Source of the DNA: an uncultured Lentisphaeraceae bacterium
Lineage (GTDB): Bacteria > Verrucomicrobiota > Kiritimatiellia > RFP12 > UBA1067
Assembly (NCBI GenBank): GCA_964406095.1
Contig: CAYOQJ010000039.1
Span: forward strand, 24,139 to 88,138
Length of the DNA: 64,000 nucleotides
Direction of reading: 5' to 3'
Below, piece by piece: positions 8,488 through 18,095 of the stretch (position 1 is the stretch's first letter; every line of letters starts with the position of its first letter). The notes beneath the pieces were generated by a model. The model saw nothing but the letters and a program-made list of their open reading frames with translations, ran no database searches and was not told the DNA's origin. A program made the position numbers and the translations under genes.

Positions 8488-11400
8488 ATGTTGAAATATT
8501 GGTTTTTGTGGATGGTGTGCATATCGGCTCTGACGGTTGAGGCCGATTTGCGGGTGAGTGCCGGGACACTAGAACTTGGCGCGCCACGGGCGCGCCTGCG
8601 GATCGCTCGTGCGGATGGAACGGTCGTGATTGTATCGGATGCAGATTCATCCGCTGTGTGGCGGGTTTCGGGTGCGGGGTTGTGGTCGGCTGAGATGAAC
8701 GGTGGCAGACTGGAGGCGGCGCAGTTCAAAGCGGGCGACAGCAACTATGCTTTTTCATTCAGTCAAACCGGCGCCGGATCAATAGATCTTCTTTACAGAT
8801 GCGCGACTCTGAAGGTGGTGGTGCATTTGAATGAGGCCGTCGACGGCTTTGATCTCAGCGCAAGCGTTTTTCCAATTGACGACACGTTGCGCGCCTTTGA
8901 ACTGCCCGCCAAAATCAGTTTTGATCTCTCTGCCGTTGAGCGCCTGATAATGCCGGCAATGCCCAATCACAGTGTAGGGCTGGCATTAAAACGTTCCTTT
9001 TTCACCCAGCAGCCGGAGGATAGTCCGGGCAGATGGCGTGTTTGCAGTGTGGGCCCTGCCGCCTTCATCGAACTTTTCGGTGCAGGTATCGCACTGTCGG
9101 ATGACAAGCAGCATAGTGTTGCCTTGAAGGTGACCGATGAGGGCGCACGCTGGTTTGACGCGCAACTGACCGGGAAAATCAATGCACTGAAACTGCCTTC
9201 AGTACGTGCCCAGCCGGAAAAACTGAGTGACATAACTCTAGTGACATCTTCTCGAGGCGCCTATTTTGCCGGTTCACGATTGGGTGGCGAGGGTGGTTGT
9301 CTGTGGCGGATCGGCGACGGTATTCGTGACGAAGAGCACTCTGTAATCGCCCGCCAGATAGTAAGTAGCACTGTGCGCAGAGTGATCAGGTTGTCCGACG
9401 GACAGCCGCGTCGACGCGTCGCACTGATCGACTTGAACGACGGACCTGAAACCGGAGGCTGGAGCACGATCAAGGTTGCGGAGTGGCGCGGTGTTTTGCA
9501 GCAGGCACTCACCGCGGTGAAGAGCGGGCAGACCGTGGAATCGTTACGGACGATCAATGCAATTGATGCAGCTTTGCAGAACACAGAGTATCTTTGCATT
9601 GTCAACCCTTATGGTGAGTATTTTCCCGCCCGCGATAAAGATTCGCTGCTCACCTCAATCGGGCGGCTCAGGAATTTTGTGCAGGCCGGGGGGAATTGGT
9701 TTGAAACTGGCGGCTACCCGTTCTATCAGATGCTTGTTCCGGAAAGGTATTTGAGTTATGCCGCGGACTATCCGCCGGCCTATGCGGACATGTTGCATTT
9801 GGAGTCGAACTCAACCACGCTGAGCTTATATCGGGCGCAGCCGCGTACTGCTGAAGCTCCGTGGCAGAGCGGTAAAGATCACGACAGGCTCTTTGTGCCG
9901 GCGCATCTTTTCTGTGGCGGCGATCAGCAGGGTGGCTACCTTGGTCGATCGTTTCTGACCTGGATTGAACCGGGCAGCAAGTGGACAACTCCGCAGTTAC
10001 GTTTGCGGGTCGGGTTGACGATGAACAGCATGGTATCCGACTATTGTGCAGCAAATTCGATTACAACAGCGTTGCATGCCAAGATTGACGGTGAAAGTCT
10101 GGCAAAATTGCGTCAGGCTCCGTTGCTTTATCTGAGTGGGAGCTGCGCGGATAAATTGCGTGCTCTAAAATATCTGCCGGCGCCGTCGCTGATTCATTTC
10201 GCTGATTATCTGCATGGCGGCTTCGATAAACAGTACCCCGATCATCTCCCGCCCGCCGGAGCATTCGGATCGATGGATGAGTTTAAGGCATTGGTGCATG
10301 AGCTACATGCTCGTGGTCATCTGTTTTCTCCCTACACTAATCCTACCTGGTGGTGTGATCAACCCAGGGGGCCCACCTTTGAAAGGGAGGGTGAAGCCCC
10401 GTTGCTGGTACAGGAAAACGGAAAAAAACGTTACGAGAAATATGGGGACAATCCAGGTTGGACCACCACCCTTTGGCACCCCGCTGTACAGGCGGTCAAC
10501 CGTGCGGTGCGGGATCAGTTTCGCCGGGAGCTGTCGGTGGATATTCTTTTTCAGGATCAATGCGGTGCCCGTGGCTTTCTATACGATTTCAACTTAGCAT
10601 CACCCACTCCGTATGCTTACTGCGCCGGGATGATCGCGATGAATGCCGAAGACAGCGCTCTGGTGGCACTGGGCACTGAGCACGGCTGGGATCGTATTGC
10701 TGAGTATCAGACCCTGCTGTGCGGATTGACCTGGGGAATTGTTCCGACTAGGGGCGGGCCGACCTGGCGCAGAAGTTTCAAGAGAGTTCTGCCGCCGCGC
10801 ACCTGGGAGATATACCCGCTGGCGCAGCAGATTTCGCATGATAAATGTGTTTTCGCACATCATGATCTCGGTCAGTTTGTGACAGACAACCGTTCGCTGA
10901 GCTGGTCGCTGGCACTGGGCTATCATCTCAGTTGGCGCGGTTCCTCTGATTTTACACAGCATCCGCCCAGCCGTGATTGGTACGCCTGGCTTTCAAGGCT
11001 ACAAAAAACGGTTGTTGCCCGTTACACCGGAGTTCCGTTACACGCTTTCAACCATGACCGCGCTCCTCTGTTTGTACGTGATACAGATTATACGGCGTTT
11101 GAGGACGACGGGATTATTACTGCTGTCTATGGGAGTCTCACGATTAGAGCCAATCTCGGCCCGGTTACACGTGTTGTCGATGGGTGGCATCTGGCACCAT
11201 ACGGGTTTTATGCTGAGGATGAGAATATGCGGGCTGGAATTCTGGTGCAGTGCGGGGGAGAGGAGTGTTCTTTTGTGCTCGAATACGGGCAATCAGGGGG
11301 AGATATCTGGCTTTTTGCTGAGCCGGGAAGACGACTTGAGGTGCCGCTGCTCTTCGAAGAGTCCTGTAAAATACGGTTTGATGGTTTGAGCGAGAAGCAG

Positions 11401-11502
11401 GTAGAGGTGGATGGCGGCGTGGCGGCAATCGATCTGCCGGCGGGGCATCAACACTCTCAAGGTTCCGGGCCAGTGCTCTGGCATGCCACGATAGAAAGAT
11501 AA
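8488..11502 (+). CDS. large secreted protein (1004 aa), possibly with a TIM-barrel glycosidase-like core
   Basis: Signal peptide MLKYWFLWMVCISALTVEA. The central segment FADYLHGGFDKQYPDH...LVHELHARGHLFSPYTNPTWW...ILFQDQCGARG resembles (beta/alpha)8 glycosidase strand patterns. I could not assign a family without a search. Confidence 0.6.
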   Translation: MLKYWFLWMVCISALTVEADLRVSAGTLELGAPRARLRIARADGTVVIVSDADSSAVWRVSGAGLWSAEMNGGRLEAAQFKAGDSNYAFSFSQTGAGSIDLLYRCATLKVVVHLNEAVDGFDLSASVFPIDDTLRAFELPAKISFDLSAVERLIMPAMPNHSVGLALKRSFFTQQPEDSPGRWRVCSVGPAAFIELFGAGIALSDDKQHSVALKVTDEGARWFDAQLTGKINALKLPSVRAQPEKLSDITLVTSSRGAYFAGSRLGGEGGCLWRIGDGIRDEEHSVIARQIVSSTVRRVIRLSDGQPRRRVALIDLNDGPETGGWSTIKVAEWRGVLQQALTAVKSGQTVESLRTINAIDAALQNTEYLCIVNPYGEYFPARDKDSLLTSIGRLRNFVQAGGNWFETGGYPFYQMLVPERYLSYAADYPPAYADMLHLESNSTTLSLYRAQPRTAEAPWQSGKDHDRLFVPAHLFCGGDQQGGYLGRSFLTWIEPGSKWTTPQLRLRVGLTMNSMVSDYCAANSITTALHAKIDGESLAKLRQAPLLYLSGSCADKLRALKYLPAPSLIHFADYLHGGFDKQYPDHLPPAGAFGSMDEFKALVHELHARGHLFSPYTNPTWWCDQPRGPTFEREGEAPLLVQENGKKRYEKYGDNPGWTTTLWHPAVQAVNRAVRDQFRRELSVDILFQDQCGARGFLYDFNLASPTPYAYCAGMIAMNAEDSALVALGTEHGWDRIAEYQTLLCGLTWGIVPTRGGPTWRRSFKRVLPPRTWEIYPLAQQISHDKCVFAHHDLGQFVTDNRSLSWSLALGYHLSWRGSSDFTQHPPSRDWYAWLSRLQKTVVARYTGVPLHAFNHDRAPLFVRDTDYTAFEDDGIITAVYGSLTIRANLGPVTRVVDGWHLAPYGFYAEDENMRAGILVQCGGEECSFVLEYGQSGGDIWLFAEPGRRLEVPLLFEESCKIRFDGLSEKQVEVDGGVAAIDLPAGHQHSQGSGPVLWHATIER

Positions 11503-11528
11503 GTTTCGGATGGGGAAAGGTTTTGTTA

Positions 11529-12935
11529 ATGAGAAGAACGCTTATATATGCTGCACTTGCATTGCTGGTTTTTAACTCAGGTTGCAATCATTTGAGATAC
11601 TTTCGCATCAGACGCGGCCAGGCGGACTATGTAGCGATGCAGTCCGCGGCGGCCGCAGCGGTGCGGCAGGTGGCCGACAGTGTTGTTCATATCGAACCAT
11701 CTCCCGCGCAGCCGGGAGCGAATGACAGCCGTGCGGAGGTGCTGGCCATCCGACGTAAAGCGGCTCGACTTAAACCGGTTGCAGGTGTTGTGTTAAGCGC
11801 GGAAGGCCATGTACTGATGCCTGGGGTGGTGAATCCCGAAGATGTGGAGCGGTTGATCATTTGGGTGGGTGCGAATGAATATCAGGCTACGGTGCTCAAG
11901 GTTGACGAACAGTTGCGGATGACAATCATCAAATTTAGGCCGGAAGGAGATGCGGTGCCGCTTTCATTTGAAAAGACGGCTGATTTGCGAAGCGGCTCTT
12001 GGTGTGTTTGCGTTCGTCAGAGTGGCGAGGACAATGAATTTGCACCTTTTGTGACCAGCGGTTTCTGCCGCGGCACGCAAGCCGCACGCTACAGGATTTT
12101 TGATGTGAACGATGCCTTTAAGAAAGAAAGCCTGGCACCGGTGATGACGATGAAGGGCGTTTTGGCTGGATTCGCAGTGAATGGCAATGTGATAGCCGCG
12201 AGTGATTTACGCACCGATCTGCTCGATTTTTTTAACGAGGCTGCTGGCGTGATCGCGCCCGAAGAGGCCGCGCGAAGGAAAGGATGGCTTGGTGTGATAA
12301 CACAGCCGGTTAATAAAAATTATGCCCGCGCGCATGGATTGCCGCGAGCTGCGCTGTGGGTTACACATGCGGTCAATAACTCGCCGGCCTTCAAAGCCGG
12401 CATACGAAGCGGCGATTTGATAACAGCGCTTAACGGAGAACCCCTTAGATTGAGCGGAGCTCGCGCTCAGAGTTATTTTCTGCAGTTGTTGCGTCCGCGG
12501 GTTGGTCGCGACTTTGAAATCACAATCAGACGTGATACCGAGGTTATAACCTGCAAAGGGGTTTTTGCTAAGAAGCCGGAAGATGAAAAATTTCGTGCCC
12601 GTGATATTGGTATCGAAGTAAAAACTATCACCGAACCGGATTACTTCTCGCACAAATTGCTGACATTAGAAGGAGTGCTTGTAACCGATGTAGAACCGGG
12701 GAGTGCGGCTGCTACCAGCTCTACTTTCCGTAGCGGACTACTTAGAGAGAATGATGTGATTCTGGAAATGGATGGTCAGCCGACACCTACACTAGATGAT
12801 TTCAAAAGGGTTATCGATGATGTGCGCAAACGCGAATTGAAGGTGTTGCTGATTTATTTTCAGCGGGGGAGTTATGGCGGCTATGCCGGACTTAATCTCA
12901 GAATAGGCGATGGTGCGGGCGGAGGTGAAATGTGA
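11529..12935 (+). CDS. lipoprotein with divergent HtrA/trypsin-like domain and two PDZ domains
   Basis: Lipobox LLVFNSG|C. PDZ-like segments are GWLGVITQPV...GDLITALNGEPL and EGVLVTDVEPGSAA...NDVILEMDGQP. KESLAP occupies the position of the canonical GNSGGP motif. ATG 11529 is preferred over TTG 11523. Confidence 0.7.
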   Translation: MRRTLIYAALALLVFNSGCNHLRYFRIRRGQADYVAMQSAAAAAVRQVADSVVHIEPSPAQPGANDSRAEVLAIRRKAARLKPVAGVVLSAEGHVLMPGVVNPEDVERLIIWVGANEYQATVLKVDEQLRMTIIKFRPEGDAVPLSFEKTADLRSGSWCVCVRQSGEDNEFAPFVTSGFCRGTQAARYRIFDVNDAFKKESLAPVMTMKGVLAGFAVNGNVIAASDLRTDLLDFFNEAAGVIAPEEAARRKGWLGVITQPVNKNYARAHGLPRAALWVTHAVNNSPAFKAGIRSGDLITALNGEPLRLSGARAQSYFLQLLRPRVGRDFEITIRRDTEVITCKGVFAKKPEDEKFRARDIGIEVKTITEPDYFSHKLLTLEGVLVTDVEPGSAAATSSTFRSGLLRENDVILEMDGQPTPTLDDFKRVIDDVRKRELKVLLIYFQRGSYGGYAGLNLRIGDGAGGGEM

Positions 12936-12994
12936 TTAGGAAAAAGAAACTTAATATCATCAAGTATTTTCCGATGATTTTTGAAAACAGAATT

Positions 12995-14878
12995 ATGCGT
13001 GCTGCAAGATTCCCGTGGTTTCCGGCATTGTTGCTGGCCGCGGCATTTTTACATATACCCTCCGCTGTGATGTCGCAATCTGCGGTGAAAGAAGATATTC
13101 CCGAGGAAATTGTCCGTCGGGTAGACCCTTCGGTGGTGGCGATTCAGCACAAACGCACGGCGGGCAGCGGTTTTGTGGTCACAGCCGACGGTTATATTAT
13201 CAGCAATGGCCATGTTGTTAAGGGCGACGATAAAGAGAATCCGATGCGAGCCGAAGAGGGAATCACCGTGATTCTCAACGACGAACGCAAATATTCCGCC
13301 AAGGTGATCGGTTTTTGTATGGACCCCGATGTGGCGCTGTTGAAAATTGAACCTGATGAGCCGCTACATCCGGTTGAGTTTGCCGATACACGCGGTGCTC
13401 AGATCGGCCAGCACTGCTTTGCAGTCGGAACACCAGTCGGGCTTAAACGTACTTTTACCAGCGGCATTCTGAGCAATGTGGATCGTACGGATCTCGGCAC
13501 CTTCACCACCGTTTTTCAAACCGACGCGGCCATCAATCCCGGGAACAGCGGAGGGCCGCTTTTTGACCGCGAAGGGCGAGTTCTGGGGGTTAACACCTAT
13601 GCCAGCCGCGGCAGTAACAATCTCGGTTTTACAATTCCATCACACGTGGTCAAAGTTCTGCGCGAGCATCTCAAGCGGTATGGGTGTTTCCGCAGATGTG
13701 ATATACCGTTTTTCTTTGTTTGTGAACTCTACGACGAACTGGCCTTGGCACTTGGTGTCGAACGCGGTTTGCTGCTCGCATACGTTATGGAGGATACCCC
13801 TGCCGCTGCGGCCGGTATGCAGCGCGGTGATGTGATTGTGGCGCTCGATGGCCAACCCTGCTCCGCCCGGACCCGCGCGGAGCTGATGGAGTTTGGATGG
13901 GACTTCGCCATCCGGGAACCAGGCACTCAGGTTGAACTGACAATTCTGCGCAGTGAGGCGAACAATCCCGGAAATTTTTCGCGCAAAGTGATCACAACCC
14001 AGATGGAAATTGATGAACCCCGTCCCGCGCTGGGCAGGTTCCCTGGTGAGGATTTGACCCTTTTCTATGACGCTTTGGGATTGGGCTATAAACGCATCCT
14101 GCGCCTGCATCGTGTTTACTACGGCTTGTCGGATCAGCTGGGGGTATTGGTCAGCAATGTGGAAGCGAACGGGGCCGCCGGCAAAGCCGACCTAGTTCCC
14201 GGTATGGTTATTACGCATGTGAACGGGAAAGCGACTGACGATATCAATGCTTTCCAGCGTGTGCTGGAAAAAGCTCTGGCCCGGCGTAAAAGGTTTATCG
14301 ATCTAGAAGTTCGACATGGACGCAACAGTTTCAAAACAGCGTTAGCACCCTATTACGATATGAAAGAGTGTGATCTTCTGCTGGTTGTGCCTGAAGGGGG
14401 TGTTAATGAATTGGAGCTGATAGTGCGGGAGTTGACCGCCGACGGAGCTTCAATAATTGTCGCGACCGCCGACGGCAACTGCAATTTTGTTGACAGCGCA
14501 ATGCGGGTGGTCAAACTGGCGGATGTGCAAGGTGCCGAATTTGATTTGCTGTTGATGGTTGACGGTCGTAAAGCCTCGGATTTGCAGAGTGATCGAGAGC
14601 TGCGGCGTGTTGTGCGGGAAAGTTATGGTGCGGGTGCGGTTGTCTCCGCTATTGGCAGTACTGCGATCACGTTGATCTTGGCTGACCCACAGATTAAAGA
14701 GAAGAAAATCACCACGGTCAAGGAGTTCTCCGGTGAAGCACTCCGGCTTGAAGCGCGTTATACCGGCAATAGTGTTGAAAAAGATGGACGTGTCCTAACC
14801 TGCACCGGTTGGACACGCGAAAATATCCGCGAATTTCTCGGCACGTTGCGCGGTATGCTACGTATTCATCCGCTCTGA
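12995..14878 (+). CDS. S1C (HtrA/DegP-type) serine protease with PDZ domain and a C-terminal DJ-1/PfpI-like domain
   Basis: His in ISNGHVV, Asp in DVALLKI, Ser in GNSGGPLFD. PDZ segment: GLLLAYVMEDTPAAAAGMQRGDVIVALDGQP. The C-terminal ~190 aa show a DJ-1-like pattern (LLLVVPEGGVNELEL, DLLLMVDG, VSAIGSTA). ATG 12995 gives a canonical signal peptide (MRAARFPWFPALLLAAAFL). An alternative GTG at 12932 overlaps the upstream stop. Confidence 0.75.
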   Translation: MRAARFPWFPALLLAAAFLHIPSAVMSQSAVKEDIPEEIVRRVDPSVVAIQHKRTAGSGFVVTADGYIISNGHVVKGDDKENPMRAEEGITVILNDERKYSAKVIGFCMDPDVALLKIEPDEPLHPVEFADTRGAQIGQHCFAVGTPVGLKRTFTSGILSNVDRTDLGTFTTVFQTDAAINPGNSGGPLFDREGRVLGVNTYASRGSNNLGFTIPSHVVKVLREHLKRYGCFRRCDIPFFFVCELYDELALALGVERGLLLAYVMEDTPAAAAGMQRGDVIVALDGQPCSARTRAELMEFGWDFAIREPGTQVELTILRSEANNPGNFSRKVITTQMEIDEPRPALGRFPGEDLTLFYDALGLGYKRILRLHRVYYGLSDQLGVLVSNVEANGAAGKADLVPGMVITHVNGKATDDINAFQRVLEKALARRKRFIDLEVRHGRNSFKTALAPYYDMKECDLLLVVPEGGVNELELIVRELTADGASIIVATADGNCNFVDSAMRVVKLADVQGAEFDLLLMVDGRKASDLQSDRELRRVVRESYGAGAVVSAIGSTAITLILADPQIKEKKITTVKEFSGEALRLEARYTGNSVEKDGRVLTCTGWTRENIREFLGTLRGMLRIHPL

Positions 14879-14901
14879 AATCGGCATCAGAGTGAACAAC
14901 T

Positions 14902-15795
14902 CTAAAAATTCAGCTCGTTGTATACTCTGATCACCGCCAGTTCCTTGGCTTTGGCTTCAATTTCAATTGTCAGATCAAGTTCGCGCCAGAACTCCGGAAA
15001 ATCGTTCATGTCGATGTAATCGTGGTGTTTGTGCGGCTGGCCGTTAGCCCATCCCTCCTTAGGGCTGGAGAGATGAAAGAGAGGCTCTCTGTTCCAAGTG
15101 CGGAGCGCTGCTGCGGTTGCCTCCTCCGCGCTCAGATTATCGGGCAGGCAGCGGTGATGATGCAGGTCGTACACTAGCGGAATACCTGTCTTCCGGCAGA
15201 GCGGCAGCAGGTCAGCGGGGGTGTAAACTCTGTCATCATTCTCGATTGTCAGAAGTTTACGGAGACCTTTGTCGAGTGCGTTGATGTTGCGCTCGACCCT
15301 TTGTAATGCCTGGTTTTTGTCACCATAGGCGCCACCGCCGTGAATATTGATTACATCCGCTCCAATCCAGCCAGCCACCTCAAGCTGATAGTGCAGCTCA
15401 TCAAGTGATCTGGCGGTTATCTCCGGATGTGGTGAGCTGAGCAATGTAAACTGATCGGGGTGAAATGTGAGCCGGATGTTGTGTTTTTTCGCGTTGAAGC
15501 CACACTCTTTAAAACTGTTTATTATCCGGTCACCCTCGGGCAGCTTGTTTACCGAATAACCCATATCGGGATGGGTTTTAAGTGGCAGAATGCGGCTGTT
15601 GACGCGAAATGCGCCGATTTTATTATGATGGCAGAACAGGATGGCTTGCTGTAGTGCCAGGGCGTTGGATAGACAGAGGGATGAGAGTTTTCGCTCTCGC
15701 TCGCTCTTTTTAAGAGTGGCAAGATGCTTGGCTGTTGTAGTACGGAATTTGATAGGGGCCTCGTGAAAGAGGCAGCATAGTCCTAATCGCAGCAT
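14902..15795 (-). CDS. uvsE: UV damage endonuclease (UvdE/UvsE family)
   Basis: 297 aa. The N-terminus MLRLGLCCLF..PIKFRTTT, the HPDQFTLL and NIHGGG motifs and the overall length fit UvsE. Confidence 0.85.
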   Translation of the reverse strand: MLRLGLCCLFHEAPIKFRTTTAKHLATLKKSERERKLSSLCLSNALALQQAILFCHHNKIGAFRVNSRILPLKTHPDMGYSVNKLPEGDRIINSFKECGFNAKKHNIRLTFHPDQFTLLSSPHPEITARSLDELHYQLEVAGWIGADVINIHGGGAYGDKNQALQRVERNINALDKGLRKLLTIENDDRVYTPADLLPLCRKTGIPLVYDLHHHRCLPDNLSAEEATAAALRTWNREPLFHLSSPKEGWANGQPHKHHDYIDMNDFPEFWRELDLTIEIEAKAKELAVIRVYNELNF

Positions 15796-15821
15796 AATTT
15801 GTTTTCTCTGGCAGTGCGTTG

Positions 15822-16625
15822 TCAGTCGTTGAAAAGTACCACACCCATCTCCCGGATCGAGGTGAATACCGGCGGATCGCTGTACGCTCTGCCCATGATA
15901 ATATGATCGCGAATCGGGATGTCCAGCAGTTTGGCGGCATCGATCATCCGGCGCGTTATGACGATATCCTGTGAAGATGGGGTTGGATCGCCCGAGGGGT
16001 GGTTGTGTGCCAGAATAATGGATTTGGCACGGTAGCGGATGGCTTCGGTGAATATCTCGCGCGGATGTACCGGTGTTGAGTCGATCAATCCCGTAGTCAC
16101 TTCCACCGGATTACGGATAAGCTGATTTTTAGTATCCAGCAACAGAACCCAGAATTTTTCCTGCTTCAGTTCAACGGTCAAAGGATTGAGCGCGTTGTAG
16201 GCATCGTGCGGGCTTTCGATTTTAAGATTGACCTGATTCTGCTGGCAACGTTTGGCTATGCGCAGTCCAAGCTCCATTGCTACGGAAAGCTCCATCGCTT
16301 TAACCCTGCCCAGTCCGGGAATCCTGTGCTGAATCAACTCATTGTGATCCGCCTGTGCCAGGTTTACCAACCCGTCGAAATCCGCCAGAATATGCCGGGC
16401 CAGATTGATGACATTTTTACCTTTGATTCCTGAGCGCAGCAGGACGGCAATCAGCGCAGCGTCGGATAAATTACTGCGTCCCAGGCATTCCAGCTCTTCA
16501 CGTGGTTTGAGGGAATCATGCAGATATTTAAGCGGGCTGCTCTCTGGTGCCTCACCGGCTGACCATCCGTGTCCTGATTCCGAATTGGAGTCAGTTGGTT
16601 CTGAGAGCTTTTTTTCCGTACTCAT
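15822..16625 (-). CDS. radC: RadC-like JAB-domain protein
   Basis: A helix-hairpin-helix N-terminal part is followed by the JAMM-like motif HNHPSGDPTPSSQD. Confidence 0.9.
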   Translation of the reverse strand: MSTEKKLSEPTDSNSESGHGWSAGEAPESSPLKYLHDSLKPREELECLGRSNLSDAALIAVLLRSGIKGKNVINLARHILADFDGLVNLAQADHNELIQHRIPGLGRVKAMELSVAMELGLRIAKRCQQNQVNLKIESPHDAYNALNPLTVELKQEKFWVLLLDTKNQLIRNPVEVTTGLIDSTPVHPREIFTEAIRYRAKSIILAHNHPSGDPTPSSQDIVITRRMIDAAKLLDIPIRDHIIMGRAYSDPPVFTSIREMGVVLFND

Positions 16626-17514
16626 GCCACAATTCTAACACTTTTGCGGCTGTTTGTTCAAGCGAATCGCCCTCATCGATTTGGCACCAGTGCGTTGCAA
16701 ACTGATGACGAAACCAGGTTTCCTGTCGTTTGGCCAGTTGACGTGTGCGTGCACAGATTCGTTCGATGGCCTCGTTTTCGGTGAGTTCACCGTTTAGCAC
16801 AGCAGTGGCTTCATGGTAGCCGATGGCCGCCCGGGCGGTTTCGGACCAGCAGGGGTAGCGTTCGCGCAGATGACGCACTTCATCAATCAAACCCTGTGCG
16901 AACATGCGCTCCACGCGCCGACGGATGCGCCGGTGCAATTGGGCACGGGGCATCGTCAGTGCGACAATCGCTGGCTTAGGAGCAACTTGCCAGTTGGTCG
17001 GTAACTCGCCGCACTCATCCAGATGGACAAGGGCGCGGATCAGGCGGCGCGGATTAGTTTCGTTTGAGATTGGATCAGCGGAACTTCCGAGTCGGCACCG
17101 CAGTTCGCGCTGCAGTGCCTGAATCCCATCGGTTTGCCAAATCTTCTCCCATTTTTCCCGGAGGTGCGGGTCAACCGCAGTGCTGTCCAGCCCGCTGGTC
17201 AGGGCTTTGATATACAAGCCGGTGCCGCCGGTTACAATAAGGTCGCCTGCTGAGTCGGCTAGACTCTGGCGTGCGCTTTGAAGCCAAATGCCGGTGCTGA
17301 AATTCTGATCGGGAGTCGCCAGGTCGATGCCGTAATAGGAGACAGCGTTACGCTCCGCGGGGGTTGGCTTGGCTGTGCCGATATCCATGTCTTTGTAAAC
17401 CAGCATTGAATCGGCGGATAAAATGGAGCAGTTTTCGCGTTCAGCGATTATCTGGCAGAGCGCGGTTTTGCCGGTTGCGGTGGCTCCGGCCAGTATCCGG
17501 AGCTCATTGATCAT
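16591..17514 (-). CDS. miaA: tRNA dimethylallyltransferase
   Basis: P-loop GATATGKTAL and the block DSMLVYKDMDIGTAKP. ATG 17514 (MINELRIL...) gives a normal ~308-aa length. The longer track ORF (to 17649) would run through lspA. Confidence 0.9.
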   Translation of the reverse strand: MINELRILAGATATGKTALCQIIAERENCSILSADSMLVYKDMDIGTAKPTPAERNAVSYYGIDLATPDQNFSTGIWLQSARQSLADSAGDLIVTGGTGLYIKALTSGLDSTAVDPHLREKWEKIWQTDGIQALQRELRCRLGSSADPISNETNPRRLIRALVHLDECGELPTNWQVAPKPAIVALTMPRAQLHRRIRRRVERMFAQGLIDEVRHLRERYPCWSETARAAIGYHEATAVLNGELTENEAIERICARTRQLAKRQETWFRHQFATHWCQIDEGDSLEQTAAKVLELWHEYGKKALRTN

Positions 17515-18004
17515 TCTGTTCCTTTTCAGCATTACGGCTGTGCATGAATTCGCAGAGAACAAAAAGAAAGGCACCGATGCAGATGGCGGAGTCGGCGATG
17601 TTGAAGGCGGGAAAATGACTTTCGCCGATGTAAAAATCAAGAAAATCAATCACGCGCGACAATCTTATTCGGTCAATCAGATTGCCGATGATACCGCCGC
17701 AGATGAGAGCCGGCAACAGGATCGGGAAGTGCAGCTTACCGAAGAGCTGTTTGCGCTGCGCTATGATGAAGATCAGCGAGAAAACAGAGAAAGCCACCAG
17801 CAGATAGCGCTGTCCACCCAGCATGCCCCACGCCGCACCGGGATTCTCAACATATGACAGATTGAAAAAGCCCGGTATAACCTCGACGGAGTGTAGCGGT
17901 TTGAGAAGGCTCACCGCCAGATATTTGGTCGCCTGATCCAGCGATACAATCAATGCGACCAGCGACAAACTCCTGAACAGCCCTGTACTATCATTGTTCA
18001 TCAT
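17504..18004 (-). CDS. lspA: lipoprotein signal peptidase II
   Basis: 166 aa with four TM segments. Conserved motifs are NPGAAWG and FPAFNIADSAI. Confidence 0.9.
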   Translation of the reverse strand: MMNNDSTGLFRSLSLVALIVSLDQATKYLAVSLLKPLHSVEVIPGFFNLSYVENPGAAWGMLGGQRYLLVAFSVFSLIFIIAQRKQLFGKLHFPILLPALICGGIIGNLIDRIRLSRVIDFLDFYIGESHFPAFNIADSAICIGAFLFVLCEFMHSRNAEKEQNDQ

Positions 18005-18095
18005 TGTTTTTGTTTCAGGTTAAAAAAACCGATATAGGCCGCGCCACTTCCGCAATGATTATCTCGGTCAATCCACACAGGACAAGTCTGACGTT

